Positions 16,278 through 23,175 of a DNA stretch of 32,000 nt are shown here, one piece after another. The notes under the pieces were generated by a model. It saw only the letters and a program-made list of their open reading frames with translations. It did not search any database and had not been told where the DNA came from. The DNA is from Halomicronema hongdechloris C2206 (lineage in GTDB: Bacteria; Cyanobacteriota; Cyanobacteriia; Phormidesmidales; Phormidesmidaceae), in assembly GCF_002075285.3 (NCBI RefSeq), contig NZ_CP021983.2:1830001-1862000 (forward strand), written 5' to 3'. Position 1 is the stretch's first letter; each line of letters opens with the position of its first letter. Position numbers and translations under genes: made by a program.

Positions 16278-18935
16278 TTATTCGACCTCCATTTCTAATT
16301 TTTCATTTTGCATTTTTAATTGCTCCTGTGCCCATTCTCGTAGTTGCTCATCGGGATCGTTGATGACGCGATCGCGCAGCAATTCAAAAGTTTTGGGATG
16401 GATGGAATAATGCTCAAGGAGAGCACGTAGAGCAATTTTACGAGGATTAATCGTTAGTGTCTCTGTGTCAGATTGAAAGGGATCTTCTACTGTAAGATCG
16501 CACAAAAGCTTGAAGATTTCAGGGTTTTCTACACAGCTTTGGATTAATTCTTCTAGTGCAGCTCGTCGAATCAGAGAATCTCTATTATCTTTAGAATGTT
16601 TTTTTAGGATGCATACTGCTTCTGAGAAATTAGAAAAGTATTGCCCTATAATTCGTAGAGCCGAAGTTTTAACTAGTGATTCGTGATCTCGCGTAACAAA
16701 TTCATCTAGCCAGAGCAAGCTATCCTTAGGATCTTTCTGCATTTTCACTATTCTGTCTATTGCTCTTAGTTGGAATTCAATTATAGATACCCAGTAATCT
16801 CCTGGGACTAAACTATATTGAGCTAGTTCTTTGAGGGATTTAATAATGTCTGATTCCGCATCTTTGTAGATGCATCTGTTTCTCGATTCGAGGAAGCAGT
16901 CAGCAGCAAGAATAACACTTAGAAATGAATACTCTTCTTGCCTGTAAGTTTGCCCCAATAGGAAATTTATAGCTTGAACTGCAAAATCGCTACTAATCAT
17001 TAAAATTATAAGTCTTAAAGTTTCATGCCAGGTTTCATCTTGCCAGTGTTGACCGAATATATCATCGCGTAGTTGTTCAAAGGTGAGGGTGTGCTGTTTC
17101 TCGAAGCGATGAACAATTTCAACCGCACAAAAATATTCTAAAAAGGTGCGGTGCATGAAGCCGTAGGTGTCGACTCCGCGATAGCAGAGGATGAAGTTAC
17201 GTTCGCGCAGTTGTTGAATCAGCCGATTGGCTTTTTCGCGGGGTTCACTGAAACCCTGATCGCGCAAATATTTGGTCAAAATGTGGGTGAGGCGATCGCT
17301 ACTAATCAAATTACCCTTCAGCCCCTCTTCCCCTGCCTGCATCTCATAGGCAATCAGGCGCAACATCTCTTGTTTCTCCCGCCGCCCGATCGCATCCATC
17401 GGAATCTGCAATCGCTTGTGATCCACATCCCAGTGGTAGAGCAACACCCGCGCAGCCTGGTCATAGAGGTCGGCGCGATCGCGGGGTAACTCCTGCCGTC
17501 GATTCAGAATTGCCATCATCGTCAGCAGTAGTGGATTGTCTGCCAGGTTGGAGATCGCTTTGGAATTGGCGATCGCATCTTTCAATCGCTGTTTTAGCCG
17601 CACTTTATCGGGATCGCTGCCCATTGATAAGTCATACCAGCGATCGATAAACTCGTGAATCTCGTCGGTATCGAGGGATTGAATTGTGAAGTGACGAAAA
17701 CTGCTGTGCTGAAGGCGATCGGGGTTGTAACCAATGATGCGAGATGTGACCAGCACCTGAGCTTTGGGATATTGCTGGGAAAAGCGAATAATATCGTCAA
17801 TGACGGTCGATTGGGTGGCGCGATCGAACACCTCATCCAGACCATCAAACATCACCAGGGTAGGAGACTCCAGTAAATACTGATGCAGTTGATGTTGATC
17901 AAACTGCCAATCTACACCCCGACCTTGATGGAGAAATTCGAGAAAGTTCGCAGATGGATTGATGGCGAATTCCCGCAACTCAATCAATAACGGTAGTTTC
18001 TCTGTCTTGCCTTCGACCCATTCCAGTGCTAGGTATTGCAGCAGACTCGACTTACCCGATCCTGGATCTCCTAAAATCACCGTCCGTTGCGAATCTGCTA
18101 CCGCTTCTAAAACCTTTCGTGCGGGTTGCTGAAAGTACTCGTGACGATAACGCTCTAAGGCTTCAGGCGATAAATCTGCTGCAAGTTGTCCTTCGGCTTG
18201 CAATTGTCGTTTCAAGTCCAGAGGCAGGTCGTAGCGCATTGGGGGCAAGGCTTCTCGCACCGTTTGCTCAATGAACATTGCCCAGAGCTTGATGGCATCA
18301 ACGCGATCGGTGCTGTCAAGGGTGTATAGCTTCAGATAGCCATAGCTGGACTGCAAACTGGCTCGATAAGTCTCAACATCAAAGCCGGGTGAGAGTTGCG
18401 CGGTATTGCGGGCAATGTCTTCTAGTAGATCGGTTTCAAGCAGCGATCGCAACTCTGGATTCGCTTTAACAATGCCCTTGACCTCATACACATATTCCTT
18501 GCAAATGCCCCGCCAATCAAACTCTTCTAAAGGAAATTGCCATCCAGAAACTTGATATTGTTGTGCCCAGATTTGCTCTAACTGCCCGTAATCAATTTGC
18601 TTACAATCCTTCTCAAAAGCTTTTCCCAGAATGGGGCGCACCGCCTTATCCTGCACAAACTTCTTGATTACTGCTTTGTAGTGATGCTGAATACTGGTTT
18701 CGGGAACGTCGTTAATCTGAAGCTCTTTAATAAATCGCTTGATAAAGTAGCCAACTGCTTCTGCCATCGGTGTTTTCAGTGCTGTGGCATTGAGTCGGCT
18801 GACTCCACTACTCAGGCAATCTTTAAAGAAATCTTGAACATACCCCTCAAGAACAGGCTTACTCAAATCGAGAACCTGCTCTAGCACTAGCTTGCCTAGC
18901 TCTATTCCTGTTGTGGCTGCCACCCATTCCAGCAT
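16278..18935 (-). CDS. NACHT/STAND P-loop NTPase with an unassigned ~285-aa N-terminal domain and a C-terminal HEAT/ARM-like repeat region
   Basis: 885 aa with Walker A ILGDPGSGKSSLLQYLAL and Walker B LVMFDGLDEV, followed by VLVTSR. The C-terminal third is helical-repeat-like (RRAALEELIQ..., ALRALLEHY...). Confidence 0.85.
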   Translation of the reverse strand: MLEWVAATTGIELGKLVLEQVLDLSKPVLEGYVQDFFKDCLSSGVSRLNATALKTPMAEAVGYFIKRFIKELQINDVPETSIQHHYKAVIKKFVQDKAVRPILGKAFEKDCKQIDYGQLEQIWAQQYQVSGWQFPLEEFDWRGICKEYVYEVKGIVKANPELRSLLETDLLEDIARNTAQLSPGFDVETYRASLQSSYGYLKLYTLDSTDRVDAIKLWAMFIEQTVREALPPMRYDLPLDLKRQLQAEGQLAADLSPEALERYRHEYFQQPARKVLEAVADSQRTVILGDPGSGKSSLLQYLALEWVEGKTEKLPLLIELREFAINPSANFLEFLHQGRGVDWQFDQHQLHQYLLESPTLVMFDGLDEVFDRATQSTVIDDIIRFSQQYPKAQVLVTSRIIGYNPDRLQHSSFRHFTIQSLDTDEIHEFIDRWYDLSMGSDPDKVRLKQRLKDAIANSKAISNLADNPLLLTMMAILNRRQELPRDRADLYDQAARVLLYHWDVDHKRLQIPMDAIGRREKQEMLRLIAYEMQAGEEGLKGNLISSDRLTHILTKYLRDQGFSEPREKANRLIQQLRERNFILCYRGVDTYGFMHRTFLEYFCAVEIVHRFEKQHTLTFEQLRDDIFGQHWQDETWHETLRLIILMISSDFAVQAINFLLGQTYRQEEYSFLSVILAADCFLESRNRCIYKDAESDIIKSLKELAQYSLVPGDYWVSIIEFQLRAIDRIVKMQKDPKDSLLWLDEFVTRDHESLVKTSALRIIGQYFSNFSEAVCILKKHSKDNRDSLIRRAALEELIQSCVENPEIFKLLCDLTVEDPFQSDTETLTINPRKIALRALLEHYSIHPKTFELLRDRVINDPDEQLREWAQEQLKMQNEKLEMEVE

Positions 18936-19071
18936 ACTGAGATTTCAGACGTGACCTAAAACTACCTCTAATATCGCATCCATATTGGGGAGATGCCAGA
19001 GATTTCAAGCTCAAGCCACAACAGACAACCTTGCGCTACGTCCCCACCAGTAACTCAGGCGGCACAACCAG

Positions 19072-19192
19072 GAGTAATCTCTCGATCAGGAGATCCGATT
19101 GCAGGTTATGGTATTGGATTGGGGATACCGTCGTCACAAGGGAGGTCATGCTGGAGTGGGGAGAGGGCGCTATCGAGGGGATGGCTGACCAT
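19072..19192 (-). pseudogene. 5' stub of a Uma2 gene (paralogue of 10461-11147)
   Basis: MVSHPLDSALSPLQHDLPCDDGIPNPIP* compares with MVSHPLDSALPPTQHDLPCDDGVPMETQ in the intact copy. The upstream 88 nt (19193-19280) are near-identical to 11148-11235. Confidence 0.65.
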
Positions 19193-19280
19193 AGGGTGAG
19201 CTTGATGGCAATGGGTGGTGTGCCTTCAGGGTAACTTGGATGCAGTGAGAAACATCAGTACCAGCAAATTCCACCGTCGC

Positions 19281-19574
19281 GGACTGGATGTATCGAGGCT
19301 TCTGGTAACCCGCGCAGGCGGGTTTTGCGTCTGTAGCTGCGGTTTTAACCGCCAAGCTAAACAGTTTTGTCAGTCAAGCAGGGAATGACAGATAACTGTT
19401 TTCCTAGGTTGATTAACCGGATTTCCTATCAATTGTTATGGATCGCGCTTCATTGGCAAGGCGTGATAGACCTCGCTAAGACCGCACTTAGTTTTCTGAG
19501 CCGGAGAGGTCGCCCGGGGAAATTTCGCTTTCCCCGGACCCCTACGACCAGGGCAAACCGTTGCCCTGGACCCT
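19281..19574. mobile_element. ~294-bp MITE-like insertion relative to the paralogous intergenic region at 11236
   Basis: It is absent from the otherwise collinear copy (11148-11310). It is bounded by GGACTGGAT (19281) and GGACGGGAT (19575), against a single TGACGGGAT at 11236. Internal hairpins include CCAGGGCAA-ACCG-TTGCCCTGG and the GGGAATGAC/TTTTGTCAGTCAA motifs shared with 12722-12750 and 13008-13024. Confidence 0.45.
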
Positions 19575-19780
19575 ACGGACGGGATAGTCAATCAGTGGCG
19601 TTGGATCGCGTTGCATCGGTGGGGATGCCAGGGGGATGTTGCTGGCCTCTGGCATTTGCAGCTGAACGCTGCCATCTGGGTTGACGTGGGCCCGGAGTCT
19701 TAAGGTTTGCATGAGAGGGTGTGCATCTGATTTAAGCCCTGGGCATTCTAAGTATGCAGTTTACAAAGGAGCCATAAATC

Positions 19781-20254
19781 ATGGCTAACAATCAAGTCAG
19801 TGCATCGCTGTCCGCCTCTGATCAGGCGGCGGTGCTATCCGCTATTGCCCAGATCAAAGCCAGCATGGACTTTTTAATCGACCTAACGATTCAAGACCGC
19901 AAACAGCTGCCCAAGATGGGCGATAAAAGCCGCGCCTTTGTCGGTCGCGCCCTGGAAGTCGCCACCCAGAATCCCGACTTTTTGCCCCGCTCCTTCGACG
20001 TGGAGGAAATGCGACGGGATGTGGAATTGACAACCGCCATGGAGCCTGTGGTTCTGGCTCTGAAGCAGCTCTATGAACTGGTAGACGATACCTACATGGC
20101 CGTCGGCAGTGAGGCCTATGCCGCCGCCCTATCGGTTTATACCTATGCCAAGGCCAGTGATAAAGGCGCTGGGCTGGATACAGCGATGAAGGATTTGGGC
20201 ATTCGGTTTGCCGGTCAGGGTAGACGGCGGTCTATAGTGGAAGGGCAAGCCTAG
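19781..20254 (+). CDS. Conserved hypothetical protein (orf157), the full-length copy of the family with fragments at 9275 and 11308
   Basis: 157-aa ORF. AAGGAG lies 8 nt upstream of the ATG. It is predicted helical, and I recognise no catalytic motif. Confidence 0.7.
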   Translation: MANNQVSASLSASDQAAVLSAIAQIKASMDFLIDLTIQDRKQLPKMGDKSRAFVGRALEVATQNPDFLPRSFDVEEMRRDVELTTAMEPVVLALKQLYELVDDTYMAVGSEAYAAALSVYTYAKASDKGAGLDTAMKDLGIRFAGQGRRRSIVEGQA

Positions 20255-20342
20255 AAGAGGTGTTGTGTCCTCTCGTCTGGCCAACCGTTAGCATTAGGAG
20301 GAATTGATATAACCCTGACAATTAACTCAATAGTGTTTCCCT

Positions 20343-20384
20343 GAGACCGTTGCTGTGTTAGACAGTGACGGTCTCAGTTTTGTT
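20343..20384 (+). terminator. Conserved hairpin plus T-tract (copy 3) downstream of orf157
   Basis: GAGACCGTTGCTG-TGTTAGA-CAGTGACGGTCTC followed by AGTTTTGTT. The two changes relative to copy 1 keep pairing as G-U wobbles. Confidence 0.5.
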
Positions 20385-20418
20385 AGGCCCCCAGGGCATC
20401 AATCGGGACTCCTTTCAT

Positions 20419-20695
20419 GTTCAAGACGAAATAGTTCCTACTTAAACAAGCCCGACTTTGTTTAAAGACGAAATAGTTCCTACTTAAACAATGCTGACTT
20501 TGTTTAAAGATGAAATAGTTCCTACTTAAACAATGCTGACTTTGTTTAAAGATGAAATAGTTCCTACTTAAACAATGCTGACTTTGTTTAAAGACGAAAT
20601 AGTTCTTGTTGAAGACGAACTTATTGCTGTGGTTTTGAGATTCCCCTCGCTACTGGGGAGATGGCCTGGTGGAGCGTTGGGGCTGTAGATGCGAT
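20419..20695 (+). repeat. Copy B of the dispersed repeat element: 42-bp tandem array (4 full units plus 1 partial) and an uninterrupted tail
   Basis: Units start at 20419, 20461, 20503, 20545 and 20587, a period of exactly 42. Units 3 and 4 are identical. The tail 20600-20695 matches 13865-13947 plus 15057-15066. Confidence 0.9.
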
Positions 20696-20728
20696 GCGAT
20701 CGCAAGTCAATATTGTCTCTGTGCCATC

Positions 20729-21880
20729 TCAAGACAAATCGGTTAGATTTATTTGCTCATGAAGTCTGTTAATGACTTGGATGATTTGTAGTCGATCGTC
20801 TTGCGTGAGATTAGAACCTGAAGGGAGACACAAACCGCGCTCAAATAGGTCCTGAGCTACTGTCCCACCAATAAACTTACAGTCTGAAAATACAGGCTGA
20901 AGGTGCAGAGGTTTCCATACAGGGCGGGCTTCAATGTTTTCCTTAGCCAGCGCCTGGCGAATTGTTTCCCGATTACAGCCGAATCTCTCAGGATCAATGC
21001 TCAAGCAGGTCAGCCAGCGAGTTGAGCGCCCGAATGGGGCTTCTGGCATAAATTCAATACCAGGTAGATGACCTAGCCCAGCTTGATACATTTCAAAGTT
21101 ATGACGTCGGGCCTCAACACGATCACCCAAAACCTGCAATTGGCCCCGACCAATCCCGGCTAGAACATTACTTAAACGGTAGTTATAGCCAATTTCAGAA
21201 TGCTGATAATGGGGAGCAGGATCACGGGCCTGGGTAGCAAGAAACCGGGCTTTATCCACCAATGACTGATCTGCAGACACCAGCATTCCACCTCCGGATG
21301 TGGTGATAATTTTATTGCCATTGAAAGAGTAGATTCCGATTTTACCAAATGTACCTGGTGCTCGGCCTTTATAGGTAGCCCCGAGAGCTTCTGCGGCATC
21401 TTCAATCAGAGGAATATCATAGCGATCGCAGGTTTCAAGAATGGGATCAATATCGGCACTCTGTCCATACAGGTGAACCAACACCACCGCTTTGGGGAGA
21501 TTTCCCGTCTTGGCTCGCTGGATCAGCACTTGTCGCAGCAGCTCAGGATCCATATTCCACGAAGTGCGATCGCTATCGATAAAGACAGGTCGAGCTCCTA
21601 AATAGGTGATGGGATTAGCTGTAGCTATGAAGGTGAGGGTAGAACAAAGAACCTCATCCCCGGCAGTTACACCAACGAGGCGAAGTGCCATATGTAGTGC
21701 GGCGGTGCCTGAACTAACTGCTGCAGCATGAGGACTGCCTACAACCTGGGCAAATTCGGCTTCGAAAGCTTCGATGTGAGGGCCAGCAGGGGCTAGCCAG
21801 TTCGTCTTGAAGGCTTCTTTGACTAATTCGAGTTCGCGGGTACCCATATGGGGGGGGGACAGAAAAATGCGATCAGCCAT
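20729..21880 (-). CDS. DegT/DnrJ/EryC1/StrS-family PLP-dependent sugar aminotransferase (PglE/EpsN-like)
   Basis: 383 aa with the PLP-lysine context YSFNGNKIITTSGGGMLV, and an N-terminus IFLSPPHMG...E typical of the family. Confidence 0.9.
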   Translation of the reverse strand: MADRIFLSPPHMGTRELELVKEAFKTNWLAPAGPHIEAFEAEFAQVVGSPHAAAVSSGTAALHMALRLVGVTAGDEVLCSTLTFIATANPITYLGARPVFIDSDRTSWNMDPELLRQVLIQRAKTGNLPKAVVLVHLYGQSADIDPILETCDRYDIPLIEDAAEALGATYKGRAPGTFGKIGIYSFNGNKIITTSGGGMLVSADQSLVDKARFLATQARDPAPHYQHSEIGYNYRLSNVLAGIGRGQLQVLGDRVEARRHNFEMYQAGLGHLPGIEFMPEAPFGRSTRWLTCLSIDPERFGCNRETIRQALAKENIEARPVWKPLHLQPVFSDCKFIGGTVAQDLFERGLCLPSGSNLTQDDRLQIIQVINRLHEQINLTDLS

Positions 21881-21886
21881 GTCTCC

Positions 21887-22519
21887 TCACGGTGAGCCTA
21901 AGGACCGCATAATCTTAGCGGGACAACCATAGGCTAAACAATGCGATGGCAAAGACTTTACCACCACAGCCCCGGCTCCACAGATAGTTTGTTCTCCGAC
22001 GGTTACACCAGGACAAAGGTGACTGCCGACGCCAAGCAATACACCGGTACCCAATGTCACCTGACCACAGAGTGAGCAGCCAGGGGCGACATGGCAGTAA
22101 TCGCCGATCACACAGTCATGATCGATGGTGGCACCAGTGTTGATGATGACGTGATGTCCAATTTGTGCATCGGTGTTGAGAACAGCATTGGCCATAATCA
22201 CGGTACCGAGCCTGATGTTGACGCCGATTGCGATTTGAGCAGAAGGATGGATAGCTGAGGTAAAGGAAGCACCGTAGGTTGTGAGTTTTTCAGCGATGTG
22301 TTGACGGATAGGATTGCTACCGATGGCAACAATCCAGTCGCCCTGAGCAGCCATCTGGGCCAGGGTATCCCCCCCCTGATAGACGGGTACTCCATGAATG
22401 GTTTGGTTGCTCAGAGCAGGCGAATCATCAACGAAGGCAGTGACTTTTCGCCCTTGCTTGAGCAGGATATCTAAGACAACTTTGCCATGCCCACCAGCAC
22501 CGTAAATATAGAGACTCAT
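21887..22519 (-). CDS. NeuD/PglD-family sugar N-acetyltransferase (hexapeptide-repeat)
   Basis: 210 aa. The N-terminal Rossmann-like part reads LYIYGAGGHGKVVLDIL. The C-terminal part has left-handed beta-helix hexapeptide repeats (IGHHVIINTGATIDHDCVIGDYCHVAPG...). Confidence 0.85.
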   Translation of the reverse strand: MSLYIYGAGGHGKVVLDILLKQGRKVTAFVDDSPALSNQTIHGVPVYQGGDTLAQMAAQGDWIVAIGSNPIRQHIAEKLTTYGASFTSAIHPSAQIAIGVNIRLGTVIMANAVLNTDAQIGHHVIINTGATIDHDCVIGDYCHVAPGCSLCGQVTLGTGVLLGVGSHLCPGVTVGEQTICGAGAVVVKSLPSHCLAYGCPAKIMRSLGSP

Positions 22520-23175
22520 TGGGGCGATCGTGACTCAGGCGAATTTCGGTCGGATAAGCGTCCCTGAAATTCAGGCATGGTTGCTTGTCCGGGGTGGCTA
22601 ACTCCCTCTCGCTGCAAGACTTTAAACAGGGTTAAGCTTAAAATCCTGAGATCCAGCCACAGGTTCCAATGATCGATGTACCAGACATCTAGCTTAAATT
22701 TCTCTTCCCAACTAATTGCATTGCGTCCATGCACCTGCGCCCATCCGGTAATCCCAGGCTTCATTTCGTGACGACGTGACTGCTCGGAGGTGTAGCGCTC
22801 TAAGTACTTCACTAGTAGTGGACGTGGCCCCACGAAGCTCATATCGCCTCTCAACACGTTCCACAACTGGGGCAGTTCATCGAGACTGGTTTTGCGCAAA
22901 AACTGGCCCAACGGTGTCAGGCGCGCTTCATCAGGCAGAAGAACTCCCTGGGCATCGCGATCATGAGTCATGGTGCGAAATTTATAAAAGGTGAAAATGT
23001 AGCTCCCTTTGCCTGGACGGGGTTGGCTAAACATTACAGGACGCCCCATCTTCAGATAAATAGCGATCGCGATCGCGATTATCAACGGTGAACATATCAG
23101 CAGCACGATTGCAGCGCACATCCTATCCGAAAACTCCTTGACAGTCCTAGGGAAAAAGCTCTGATGGGCCATCAT
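22516..23175 (-). CDS. Small initiating phosphoglycosyl (undecaprenyl-phosphate sugar) transferase, PglC/WbaP-C-terminal type
   Basis: 219 aa. One N-terminal re-entrant helix is followed by the bacterial sugar-transferase core QPRPGK...FYKFRTM...[21 protein letters not shown]...PGITGWAQV. Confidence 0.9.
   Translation of the reverse strand: MMAHQSFFPRTVKEFSDRMCAAIVLLICSPLIIAIAIAIYLKMGRPVMFSQPRPGKGSYIFTFYKFRTMTHDRDAQGVLLPDEARLTPLGQFLRKTSLDELPQLWNVLRGDMSFVGPRPLLVKYLERYTSEQSRRHEMKPGITGWAQVHGRNAISWEEKFKLDVWYIDHWNLWLDLRILSLTLFKVLQREGVSHPGQATMPEFQGRLSDRNSPESRSPQ

Noticed and set aside
17151-18884. Plus-strand ORFs inside the NACHT gene (17151-17489, 17655-17876, 18026-18274, 18597-18884) and the alternate-frame minus-strand ORF 17594-17848.
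   Set aside because: They are antisense or off-frame to a long ORF that carries motifs. None has recognisable domains.
20419-20628. The tandem array considered as a CRISPR locus.
   Set aside because: The 42-nt units are directly contiguous, with no unique spacers. No cas genes are present in the window.
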